From positions 1-64,000 of the IMG/VR virus record IMGVR_UViG_3300029267_002377: 64,000 bases of DNA; one strand, 5' to 3'. The translations under genes were made by a program, and so were the position numbers. Source of the DNA: a virus. The notes beneath the pieces are model-generated. The model was given only the letters and a program-made list of their open reading frames with translations. It did no database searches and had not been told where the DNA came from. Within the stretch, counting starts at the first letter, position 1. Each line of letters opens with the position of its first letter. Positions 29,876 through 37,526 of this stretch are shown here, piece by piece.

Positions 29876-29988
29876 GGGCCGGTGGTCGAATGGTAGACAG
29901 TGCTGGATGAGATGGGTTACAAACAACCATATGAGGTTGGCTCATTCGTACATGGCCAAAGATGCAGGTTCGAATCCTGCCCGGCCCT
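29876..29988 (+). ncRNA. tRNA-like RNA with expanded anticodon arm
   Basis: Acceptor GGGCCGG/CCGGCCC, D-like TGGTCGAATGGTAGAC, T arm GCAGG-TTCGAAT-CCTGC; about 60 nt in place of an anticodon arm. Confidence 0.75.
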
Positions 29989-29990
29989 TT

Positions 29991-30223
29991 GGGCGATGCG
30001 GCGGCGTGGCAGCGCTGGGTAAGGGTCAGCTACAAGACCGAGTAACCCTCAGGGGGAGGACCATAACATGATTACCTCATTGGGTCGGTTGAAGCTGGGA
30101 TACGAAAGTATCGGCGGAATGCCTAAGAACGCCAGGTGGGCAACAAGTTCTCTGTCAAGGCTTGTCCCTTCTGGGTAATGGGCATATCGGAGGCCGTGGT
30201 GGGGAATCCGGCCCGCATCGCCC
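29991..30223 (+). ncRNA. About 230-nt structured RNA with long closing stem
   Basis: GGGCGATGCGG/CCGCATCGCCC closing stem; 5' TGCGGCGGCGTGGC and 3' GGCCCGCA shared with 53355-53474. Confidence 0.6.
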
Positions 30224-30234
30224 CTCAACAACAT

Positions 30235-30358
30235 GGGAGTGTAGCCCAATTGACAGAGGCGCGAAAAATTCCCTTTCCGTCCTTCGCCTTATGGGCCGCT
30301 GGAATAGGGTTATCCTTTAGGAGGTCGTACAGTGCTGGTTTGAATCCAGCCGCTCCCA
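30235..30358 (+). ncRNA. YrlA-like (tRNA-mimic) Y RNA candidate
   Basis: Acceptor GGGAGTG/CGCTCCC, D arm, T arm GCTGG-TTTGAAT-CCAGC; long arm with GGGCCG...GGGTTATC; upstream of TROVE. Confidence 0.75.
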
Positions 30359-30364
30359 AATCGT

Positions 30365-30488
30365 GGGGCATGTAGCTCAGAGGCAGAGCGCGTAAATTCC
30401 CTTGCCAACAACTTATCTGCAAGGGTCGAATGGTGAGGGTTATCTCTTGGGGAGACGAGGTCGTGAGTTCAAATCTCACCATGCCCCA
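30365..30488 (+). ncRNA. YrlA-like (tRNA-mimic) Y RNA candidate
   Basis: Acceptor GGGCATG/CATGCCC, TAGCTCAGAGGCAGAGC D arm, T arm GTGAG-TTCAAAT-CTCAC; long arm with AACAACTT and GGTCGAATG...GGGTTATC. Confidence 0.8.
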
Positions 30489-30490
30489 AT

Positions 30491-30551
30491 AGGCGGGCCG
30501 GAGTGCATTGGTTATCGCAGAGAATTCCGATGCACAACAACTTGCCCGCCT
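30491..30551 (+). ncRNA. Minimal Y RNA-like stem
   Basis: AGGCGGGC-CGGA-GTGCATTGG-TTATC...CCGATGCAC-AACAACTT-GCCCGCCT. Confidence 0.7.
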
Positions 30552-30563
30552 TCACTGGAAACA

Positions 30564-30636
30564 AATTCGGGCCGGAGGCAGTCGGTTATCATACTGAAAA
30601 TGTGAACACACCCGACTACCAATATTTGCCCGAATT
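30564..30636 (+). ncRNA. Minimal Y RNA-like stem
   Basis: AATTCGGGC-CGGA-GGCAGTCGG-TTATC...CCGACTACC-AATATTT-GCCCGAATT; same architecture as 30491-30551. Confidence 0.7.
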
Positions 30637-30652
30637 ACAAAGGAGGGTCGAA

Positions 30653-32293
30653 ATGCAGAAGTTTCACCAACACTACTCAACCAAAGAGACAAAGCAATCA
30701 GAGCCTATTCCTGGTCGAGACATGGTTGAGAATTCAGCAGGGGGTTATGTTTTTCCTGTCGATGACTGGGTCCGCCTAGACCGTTTTTTGATTTTAGGGA
30801 CGGAGGGTGGTTCTTATTATGCTACTGAGCAGAAGTTGACAGTTGAGAACGCTCAAGCAGTCGCCCGATGTATCCAAGAAGATGGAGTCAGAACGGTCAA
30901 TCGGATCGTGGAGGTTAGCGAAGCCGGAAGAGCTCCCAAGAACGATCCTGCCCTGTTTGCTCTGGCAATGTGCTGTGGTGCTAGCAACTCGGTTACTCGG
31001 ACGGCAGCACTGGATGTCCTTCCTCGTGTGGCTCGCATTGGAACCCACCTTTTTCATTTCCTCGAGTATGTCCAGCATTTCCGGGGTTGGGGTAGGGGGT
31101 TGCGCGATGCAGTGGGCGCTTGGTATAATGAAAAGGATCTCAATCGGTTAGCTTACCAGGTTGTGAAGTACCGCCAGCGCGATGGGTGGACACACCGAGA
31201 TGCCTTGAGGTTGTCGCATCCAGAGCCTAAGGATGCATCGAGAGATGCCCTTTATTATTGGGTTACCACAGGGGAACTGGTGGGAGATTATGAGGGGGTG
31301 GGCCTAATTCCCGCATTTGAGTTGGCTCAGAAGGCCCCCCATAAAAATGCTATCATTGGTCTGATTGAGGAATGGAATCTGACTAGGGAAATGATCCCCA
31401 CCGAGTTTCTCAAAGAGCCTGATGTTTGGGAAGCTCTCCTTGAGAAAATGCCCATGTGGGCGATGATCCGCAACTTAGCGACTATGACTCGAGTGGGATT
31501 AATTGCTCCACTGTCAGATGCCACTCGGAGGGTTTGCAATGAGCTGAGGGATGAGGATCGAATCCGCAAAGCCAGAGTTCACCCTATCGCTGTTCTGGCA
31601 GCTTTGAGAACCTACCAATCTGGTCATAGTGCTAGGGGCAAACACTCCTGGCAACCAGTGAGTCAAGTGGTAGATGCACTTGATGACGCCTTTTACTTGG
31701 CGTTTGATAACGTGGAGTCGACTGGAAAGAGAATGGTTCTGGCTTTGGATGTGTCTGGTTCGATGACCTGGACTGACATTGCTGGTATTCCTAGTCTGAC
31801 TCCTCGGGATGGGGCAGCGGCGATGTGCATGGTGACTGCTAAGACTGAGTCAGATTACCACATTATGGCTTTTGCTCATGAGCTGATTCCCATTGAAGTT
31901 AGTCCTCGAGAGCGCCTGGATGATGTGATTAGAAAAGTTAGTGGGCTGGCTGCTGGTGGGACGGATTGTGCGTTGCCTATGATGTGGGCTCTCGGATACA
32001 ACAGAGAGCGGACGTCCATTTGGAGCTCTGGGCAGTATGTAAAAAAGGGACCGGCGGTTAGTGCAGATACTTTTGTAGTGTATACTGACAATGAGACCTG
32101 GGCGGGTAGTATTCATCCCCAGCAGGCTTTGCAGAAGTATCGCAGGGAGACTGAGATCCCCGCTAAGCTAGTTGTTGTGGGGATGGTTAGCAATGGGTTT
32201 TCAATTGCAGACCCCCAAGATGCTGGGATGCTCGACGTGGTGGGATTCGATACTGCTACCCCGCAGCTAATCAGTGACTTTGTGAAGGAGTAA
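30653..32293 (+). CDS. rsr: Ro60/Rsr TROVE + vWA RNA-binding protein
   Basis: NSAGGYVF, RFLILGTEGGSYYA, KYRQRDGWTHRD, ALDVSGSM, GGTDC and YTDNETW; start moved to ATG 30653 after AGGAGG. Confidence 0.95.
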   Translation: MQKFHQHYSTKETKQSEPIPGRDMVENSAGGYVFPVDDWVRLDRFLILGTEGGSYYATEQKLTVENAQAVARCIQEDGVRTVNRIVEVSEAGRAPKNDPALFALAMCCGASNSVTRTAALDVLPRVARIGTHLFHFLEYVQHFRGWGRGLRDAVGAWYNEKDLNRLAYQVVKYRQRDGWTHRDALRLSHPEPKDASRDALYYWVTTGELVGDYEGVGLIPAFELAQKAPHKNAIIGLIEEWNLTREMIPTEFLKEPDVWEALLEKMPMWAMIRNLATMTRVGLIAPLSDATRRVCNELRDEDRIRKARVHPIAVLAALRTYQSGHSARGKHSWQPVSQVVDALDDAFYLAFDNVESTGKRMVLALDVSGSMTWTDIAGIPSLTPRDGAAAMCMVTAKTESDYHIMAFAHELIPIEVSPRERLDDVIRKVSGLAAGGTDCALPMMWALGYNRERTSIWSSGQYVKKGPAVSADTFVVYTDNETWAGSIHPQQALQKYRRETEIPAKLVVVGMVSNGFSIADPQDAGMLDVVGFDTATPQLISDFVKE

Positions 32294-32296
32294 CCA

Positions 32297-32605
32297 ATGG
32301 CAGTTTATAAAGGAACTAGAATCGAGCCACTACAGTGTGAAGTGACAGTTGACGGAGAGCCACTAGATCCCCGGCTGGACCTTTGGAACCACTCCCCAAC
32401 AGGATTTGAGTGGGGTTATGGGGGTTCGGGTCCTGCTCAATTGGCACTGGCGATCCTGGCTCATCACTTGGGAGATGATGAAGAAGCAGTTCGTCTCCAT
32501 CAGAGGTTCAAGTGGTTGGTTACTTCTGGTCTGGACCACGAAGGTTGGGAACTGACTTCTGGAGAAGTTGACACTGCAATCAAGTTTTTGAAAGAATCAG
32601 ATTGA
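32297..32605 (+). CDS. DUF6166-like protein
   Basis: NHSPTGFEWGYGGSGPAQLALAIL motif. Confidence 0.8.
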   Translation: MAVYKGTRIEPLQCEVTVDGEPLDPRLDLWNHSPTGFEWGYGGSGPAQLALAILAHHLGDDEEAVRLHQRFKWLVTSGLDHEGWELTSGEVDTAIKFLKESD

Positions 32606-32607
32606 GC

Positions 32608-32656
32608 AAAATTTTAAGATTGGGGCTATTGACAAACACTGATTCTATGTTATAAT
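32608..32656 (+). promoter_or_regulatory. Sigma70 promoter with degenerate upstream box
   Basis: AAAATTTTAAGATTGGGGCTA-TTGACA-N16-TATAAT. Confidence 0.85.
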
Positions 32657-32671
32657 TGGTGTGAAGGAGGA

Positions 32672-32977
32672 TTGATGGAGAAAAAGTGGGATTGGTTGGT
32701 AAAGTTTTTATTGTCAGACGCAGATGCAGACCCAAATGACCTTGAGGTGTATGTTCTAGGCGAGGCTAAAGTTCAGGAAAAGCTTATTCAATGGATGCAC
32801 TCGCTACATCCCAAGCACAAGGATCCGATGGTTGCGTACTACTGGAACGACGCCGAGAGAGACGACATGACTGCTCAGGGGATTTACCACGGTCGAATGG
32901 CTCTTTGGGCAGCGTTGCGGTGGCCGCAGAGCATTCGCCTTGAGGAATTGAAGGAGCTGGTGTCAGTTGGAAATTAA
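32672..32977 (+). CDS. Hypothetical protein
   Basis: AGGAGG RBS. Confidence 0.6.
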   Translation: MMEKKWDWLVKFLLSDADADPNDLEVYVLGEAKVQEKLIQWMHSLHPKHKDPMVAYYWNDAERDDMTAQGIYHGRMALWAALRWPQSIRLEELKELVSVGN

Positions 32978-33290
32978 GACTGAAACTCAACCAGTGTACG
33001 AGGTGTGGGTGAACCGAGAGTCTGCTATTGAAGATGGGTCTGCTCACTTTTGGGTTGAGAAGTTTATTATGTATGTAGATCTGAAGGTCCGAGGGTCTGA
33101 GCTGCGGACAGGATATACTCTGTTCCCAAGGGGTCAGTGCATTGTCAAATTTGCTGTGGAGAATGAGGAACTGACCCCTGAGGACCTAGCGAAGATATTG
33201 GAACAGATGGTTCAGGCATTGACTGAGCCGTTTAGGATGTTTGTAAAAATTGAGGATAAGCAAGAGAACATGAGGAAGGAGGATTTCTAA
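32967..33290 (+). CDS. Hypothetical protein ending EDF
   Basis: AAGGAG RBS; coupled to the next gene. Confidence 0.6.
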   Translation: MEIKTETQPVYEVWVNRESAIEDGSAHFWVEKFIMYVDLKVRGSELRTGYTLFPRGQCIVKFAVENEELTPEDLAKILEQMVQALTEPFRMFVKIEDKQENMRKEDF

Positions 33291-34519
33291 TGGGAATTGG
33301 TGGAGTACCGAGTCAAGAAGATATCGAACGAGCTGCTCAAGGAGCAGCTCGGCAGTGGGACGATGGTCAGTACACAGTTGTCGGTCTCAAATGGTTTGAT
33401 GACGAGCAGCACACCGACAATGGGCAGCCTATTTACGTCCCACAACAAGGAGAACTAGTTGCACGGGCTAGGCTTTTGGTCAAAGGAGAAGAGGATGACG
33501 GACCGCCAATAAGTGTCCGCCCGGGGCAGATCGTGGCTTTGGCAAGGGCACTGGGAGCTGAGGTAGACCGGAAGTGGCCGGACTCAATCAAGGACAGCTC
33601 TCGGTTCTTGACAGAAGTGGAAAGAGCGGTCGAAAAAGCTGACAAAGAAGTTGAAGTCACAGTCTCTGGTGGCTGGGTTTCGGATGTGCCTGGGTGGTCA
33701 TTGCCGAGAGATCAGTCGTTCCAACTGGTGTACTCAGGTTGTGAAACTAAAGATGAGGGAGGGAACCTGACCTGGCGAGACTATGGTTATGGTCGGTCTG
33801 TCATTTTCAAGTTTAAGATCATCGGCGACCTGGATGGAGATTCAACTCCATACGATGGTTGGGAGGAGCGTATCTTTGTCCCCTACCGTGTCGCTCCAGA
33901 TCCTGAAAATCCAGATATGCCGACCTTTGTCATTGACGAAGGAGACGATGGGCGCAATACAGCCCAAGTCAACTGCTACAATTTAATCCAGGCAATGTGT
34001 CCAGCTCTTCTTGAGAATGAGGGCTGGTCGGATGTAAACAATGTCGTTCCTGAGTGGGACCAGTTTGCTCGGGAGGCCAGTGTCATTCTCAAGGGGGATA
34101 CGATCTGGAGCAAGCGGGCCAATAAGGTCAAACTCCCTATCTGGATGATTAAGCAACGGTATAAGGATGGGCGGTCGGTTGAGGAAGAAGAAGCGGTCGA
34201 GGAGCAAGAAGAGGAAGTCATCGAACAAGCTCCTTCTGTCGAACACCTCTACCAAGCTATGACTGAAGAAGTCCGGAAGCGGACAAAGAAGACAGCAAAA
34301 GCTTTCGGTCCTGATGGTAAACTTAATAAAGCTGGTATTGACATTGCTCGTGAGGTCTTTGCTCCCTTGATCGAGAAAAAAGAGTTACCCGGCAATGTTT
34401 TCGCCGAGTGGTCAGATGAGCATGTTGTCATCGCTTTGGAGGCTATGGGGTACAAAGACATAGCTAAGATGGTTCAGGAGAACTATGTCGAAAAGCCAGA
34501 CGAGGGAGCCGATTTTTAG
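33290..34519 (+). CDS. Acidic hypothetical protein, possible ssDNA-binding/recombination protein
   Basis: 409 aa, acidic linker and SSB-like acidic-Phe tail DEGADF; function inferred only from context. Confidence 0.45.
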   Translation: MGIGGVPSQEDIERAAQGAARQWDDGQYTVVGLKWFDDEQHTDNGQPIYVPQQGELVARARLLVKGEEDDGPPISVRPGQIVALARALGAEVDRKWPDSIKDSSRFLTEVERAVEKADKEVEVTVSGGWVSDVPGWSLPRDQSFQLVYSGCETKDEGGNLTWRDYGYGRSVIFKFKIIGDLDGDSTPYDGWEERIFVPYRVAPDPENPDMPTFVIDEGDDGRNTAQVNCYNLIQAMCPALLENEGWSDVNNVVPEWDQFAREASVILKGDTIWSKRANKVKLPIWMIKQRYKDGRSVEEEEAVEEQEEEVIEQAPSVEHLYQAMTEEVRKRTKKTAKAFGPDGKLNKAGIDIAREVFAPLIEKKELPGNVFAEWSDEHVVIALEAMGYKDIAKMVQENYVEKPDEGADF

Positions 34520-34859
34520 GCGAAACCAAATAGATTACTCTCCTCCTTTCATTGTTGACGGGTCGGATCCAATCGGCCTGACCGAGGGTAAACGGTCCGA
34601 CCCGTCCAGTGTTTATTTTGAGTACCCCGACGATCTTTTACCCTTAACTCCTTGGAAGTTGACGGGGTGGTTGAAGGAGTGCCACAAAGAGGCGGGGTTA
34701 AAGTTTCTGGAACCATTTGGCAGACATCTAAAGCCTGCGAAGAAACTTATGGCTAAGCATGGGTACGATGATCTGATTCGAGCGGTGAAGAGAGCCAGTC
34801 AACTTTCGAGGTTCCCTTTTACTTTTCGGTTTGTAGAAAGGATTATCAATGAGCACTAG
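34485..34859 (+). CDS. Hypothetical protein (start uncertain)
   Basis: ORF track; 5' part overlaps a hairpin. Confidence 0.45.
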   Translation: MSKSQTREPIFRRNQIDYSPPFIVDGSDPIGLTEGKRSDPSSVYFEYPDDLLPLTPWKLTGWLKECHKEAGLKFLEPFGRHLKPAKKLMAKHGYDDLIRAVKRASQLSRFPFTFRFVERIINEH

Positions 34860-35217
34860 CTTCTTGATGGTTTTGGTTTATTTGTCGGTAACTGCAGCGA
34901 TAATCTGGCGGTTGGAAGTAATCTCCAATAAACTGGATCAGGCTAGGTTAGCTTATTTTGATAGCTACCAGAGAGCATCTAGCAAACGATACAAACCTTA
35001 CAAGCTAATCATCGCCGGCAACTATGGGCAGTTTAGGAACTGGGTTCAATCCCATGTTGTCAACGTCTTTGGAGAGCAGCACTTCATAAGGAGAGACCTT
35101 GATGAGGTTGAGTTTATCAAGGTGGGGGATTGGAGGGCGAATCCAAACCTTGACCGGTTGCAGGAACTTATGACCAAGGAGCAGTGGGAGCAATTTCTAA
35201 ATGACCCTGTATATTAA
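34849..35217 (+). CDS. Hypothetical protein with N-terminal transmembrane segment
   Basis: FLMVLVYLSVTAAIIW. Confidence 0.55.
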   Translation: MSTSFLMVLVYLSVTAAIIWRLEVISNKLDQARLAYFDSYQRASSKRYKPYKLIIAGNYGQFRNWVQSHVVNVFGEQHFIRRDLDEVEFIKVGDWRANPNLDRLQELMTKEQWEQFLNDPVY

Positions 35218-36211
35218 ATACCGCCCCTCAGAATGGTCAGAAGTAGCGGCCCAAAACCACATAGTCACTCCCCTGATGAACGCCCTCAAAAGAGGCGAAG
35301 TTGCTCAAACTCTTTTGTTCACCGGACGGCATGGGACAGGCAAGACCACAGTAGCTCGGATCCTAGCCGAGAAGTTGGGAGCAAAAGGGACTGATATTGT
35401 TGAGATTGACGCGGCCTCAAACCGAGGAATAGACGACGCCCGTCGTCTAAAAGAGGAAAGCTTTTTCATCCCCATCCACGGGGAGACAAAGGTTTTCATC
35501 ATTGACGAATGTCACATGTTAACGAAAGAGGCCAACAATGCCCTACTGAAGATCCTCGAAGAACCACCGCAAGGAGTTTATTTCGTTTTGTGTACAACAG
35601 AAATCTCAAAGATCCCCGCAACTATTAAATCTAGGTGCCAGCAGCACAGTTTTAAACCTATTGGGAGTACCGCTATTGAGGAAAGACTCCAGTTGATCTG
35701 TGAGAAGGAAGGGATTGAGTTTGAAAATGATGCTCTTCATATGATTGCTCGGCAGGTACAAGGTTCAATGCGTGATGGCATCTCAGTGCTGGATCTCCTC
35801 TCCAACTTTGGGTTTGTCAGCACAACAAAGACAAAAGAAGTGCTAGGGATGGCTGATATTGCTCTGGTTAGAAAAATGATAAGCTCACTTGCAAGCGAGC
35901 AGCTGGACTTGTGTTTAAACACAGTGGCCGAGGTGACAACCAGTGGAGTTAATTTGAAAGAATTCTGTTCTCAGGTGACTCAATATTTTCACGAACTATT
36001 ACTTATACAGGCAGGACAAGGCGATCAAGCAGTAATTGCTAATGCAGAGGACGCTAAAAGGTTTAGTTATCAAGGAGTAGTTAAGGCGGTTGAGATTTGG
36101 AATGCTTCTGGTAACAACCTTCACAAATATGCCTGGCCGGAGCTAGAATTGGAACTTGCTGCTATTGAGTGCTTGGATTATGGCATATCCTCAATACAAG
36201 GAGATTTCTAG
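35201..36211 (+). CDS. dnaX: DNA polymerase III gamma/tau-like clamp loader subunit
   Basis: LYIKYRP, GTGKTT, EIDAASNRG, IIDECHML, NALLKILEEPP, TIKSRC and GSMRD motifs. Confidence 0.95.
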   Translation: MTLYIKYRPSEWSEVAAQNHIVTPLMNALKRGEVAQTLLFTGRHGTGKTTVARILAEKLGAKGTDIVEIDAASNRGIDDARRLKEESFFIPIHGETKVFIIDECHMLTKEANNALLKILEEPPQGVYFVLCTTEISKIPATIKSRCQQHSFKPIGSTAIEERLQLICEKEGIEFENDALHMIARQVQGSMRDGISVLDLLSNFGFVSTTKTKEVLGMADIALVRKMISSLASEQLDLCLNTVAEVTTSGVNLKEFCSQVTQYFHELLLIQAGQGDQAVIANAEDAKRFSYQGVVKAVEIWNASGNNLHKYAWPELELELAAIECLDYGISSIQGDF

Positions 36212-36290
36212 GTATGGCAAGGCTTGACTCGGTGGGGCTTGACGTGGCGTGGTCAGGCAGTGCACAGTAAGGCTAGGCACGGTTTGGCAG
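36211..36290 (+). repeat. GGY-NN pentamer array 1 (16 units), candidate guide RNA
   Basis: ggtat ggcaa ggctt gactc ggtgg ggctt gacgt ggcgt ggtca ggcag tgcac agtaa ggcta ggcac ggttt ggcag. Confidence 0.9.
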
Positions 36291-36324
36291 GGGGTAAGAA
36301 GGCATCATTTTTATTGATGTTCGA

Positions 36325-36389
36325 GGCCGGCTGTGGTAGGGTGGGGCGGGATTTGTTATGGTGAGGTGGGGCGAGGTTGGGCCGGGCAA
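36325..36389 (+). repeat. GGY-NN pentamer array 2 (13 units)
   Basis: ggccg gctgt ggtag ggtgg ggcgg gattt gttat ggtga ggtgg ggcga ggttg ggccg ggcaa. Confidence 0.88.
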
Positions 36390-36418
36390 GGAACATTATC
36401 AAAGGGGGTAAATTCTAT

Positions 36419-36904
36419 GTGAGCGATTGGAGACAGAAAGTCTTAGAAAGGGACAGCTTTGAGTGTCAGTTATCAAAGTTGTTCGGAATCACTGAACTGA
36501 CTGGTGTACCTTGTTCAGAGGAGTTAGAAGTACACCATAAAACATACAAAAGGTATGGATACGAACTCCTCAAAGATGGAATAACCGTTTGTAGGCGGTG
36601 CCATGACATTCTAACTGATGGGATAAGACGAGAGCGCTATTTGGCTCGAGATATTACTCCCCAAAGAGAAAGAAAAGTCAAAGTGGTTACACCGCCCGAA
36701 AGGAAAAAGAAAAGTGAAAAAGTTGAACTTTACAATCGTAGGAATAGCACCTCTGCTGATGCACAACGGGCGGCTGGCAGACAGAGACGACCCGTACGCT
36801 CGAAAGATGGGGGAGATCACATCCAAGAGGAAAAAGACCGACGCCGACTTCGAAGAGCTGGATCGCTTAGCCTTCCTAGGCGCCCTCTACCTGGACGAAA
36901 ATGA
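36419..36904 (+). CDS. HNH endonuclease (C-terminal tail overlaps the RAMP gene)
   Basis: WRQKVLERD-x-F-x-CQ...LEVHH-x-x-Y...GITVCRRCH; likely GTG start at 36419 after GGGGG. Confidence 0.8.
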   Translation: MSDWRQKVLERDSFECQLSKLFGITELTGVPCSEELEVHHKTYKRYGYELLKDGITVCRRCHDILTDGIRRERYLARDITPQRERKVKVVTPPERKKKSEKVELYNRRNSTSADAQRAAGRQRRPVRSKDGGDHIQEEKDRRRLRRAGSLSLPRRPLPGRK

Positions 36905-37292
36905 TGAACCCTGTATACCTAGCTATGTATTCGAGGCTTGCATTATCGGAAAGGGTGGAGCTGCTAGGAAAGAGAGAATGGGCAAGGAATCCGCAGCGGC
37001 TTTCTGGGTTCTAGATGATGCTCCACTGAAGTATGAAGGCTCTAGGATTCCACAGGAACTACAAAAGAACAAGAAGTTTGTATTTGAGGCCCTTGTAAAT
37101 GTTGGGCAAAGCAAGGTTAAGCGGATACGACCTATTTTCAAACAGTGGTCGGCTGATATTACTGCTGAGTTCAATGAGAACCTCTTGGATGAGGAAGCCG
37201 TTAGGCGGTGGATTGAGGTTGCTGGTGAGCAGGTGGGACTAATGGACTGGCGACCTCGGTTTGGTCGGTTCACTGTTGAGTGGAAGGATTAG
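36714..37292 (+). CDS. Stand-alone Cas7/RAMP-like protein (Vipr-like candidate)
   Basis: Beta1 FTIVGIAPLLMH, PCIP (compare RAMP P-x-IP), R-x-RP-x-F-x-x-W and C-terminal G-loop GLMDWRPRFGRFTV; flanked by pentamer arrays. Confidence 0.75.
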   Translation: MKKLNFTIVGIAPLLMHNGRLADRDDPYARKMGEITSKRKKTDADFEELDRLAFLGALYLDENDEPCIPSYVFEACIIGKGGAARKERMGKESAAAFWVLDDAPLKYEGSRIPQELQKNKKFVFEALVNVGQSKVKRIRPIFKQWSADITAEFNENLLDEEAVRRWIEVAGEQVGLMDWRPRFGRFTVEWKD

Positions 37293-37297
37293 TGAAA

Positions 37298-37332
37298 TTG
37301 GTGAGTATGGGTTCGATTCCTATACTCGCCAA
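37298..37332 (+). ncRNA. T-loop minihelix hairpin
   Basis: 14-bp stem TTGGTGAGTATGGG/CCTATACTCGCCAA with loop TTCGATT. Confidence 0.7.
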
Positions 37333-37339
37333 ATCTCGA

Positions 37340-37419
37340 GGCTGGGTTTGGCTCGCTCCGGCAGGGTAGGACAAGATCAGGTCGGGCTAGGTCAGGTATG
37401 GCGGGCCCCGGCTAGGCAG
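37340..37419 (+). repeat. GGY-NN pentamer array 3 (16 units)
   Basis: ggctg ggttt ggctc gctcc ggcag ggtag gacaa gatca ggtcg ggcta ggtca ggtat ggcgg gcccc ggcta ggcag. Confidence 0.9.
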
Positions 37420-37446
37420 GGGATTTTCAATCATCTACAAAACCAA

Positions 37447-37526
37447 GGCGTGGACCGGCCCGGTAAGGTGGGGCAGAGCTCGGCAAGACGAGGTTCGCCT
37501 GGGCATGTTCAGGCTGGCCAAGGCAA
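37447..37526 (+). repeat. GGY-NN pentamer array 4 (16 units)
   Basis: ggcgt ggacc ggccc ggtaa ggtgg ggcag agctc ggcaa gacga ggttc gcctg ggcat gttca ggctg gccaa ggcaa. Confidence 0.88.

Noticed and set aside
29838-30605. Short ORFs across the ncRNA cluster, or ordinary tRNA genes
   Set aside because: The ORFs lack RBS and motifs and overlap structured RNAs; the tRNA-like elements have no 7-nt anticodon loop.
30503-30652. 50-aa N-terminal extension of TROVE
   Set aside because: It overlaps two Y-like RNA stems, and a strong RBS precedes ATG 30653.
36211-36290. Concatenated NN of array 1 contains TGTCAAG (reverse complement of a -35 box), and that of array 5 shares GTGAGTTCAAA with 30463-30473
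   Set aside because: Matches of 7-11 nt are expected by chance in 64 kb; I found no convincing self-target by eye.
36211-37526. Canonical CRISPR array or simple microsatellite
   Set aside because: No 25-40 nt repeats with spacers. The units are not identical copies either: only positions 1-3 of each pentamer are constrained.
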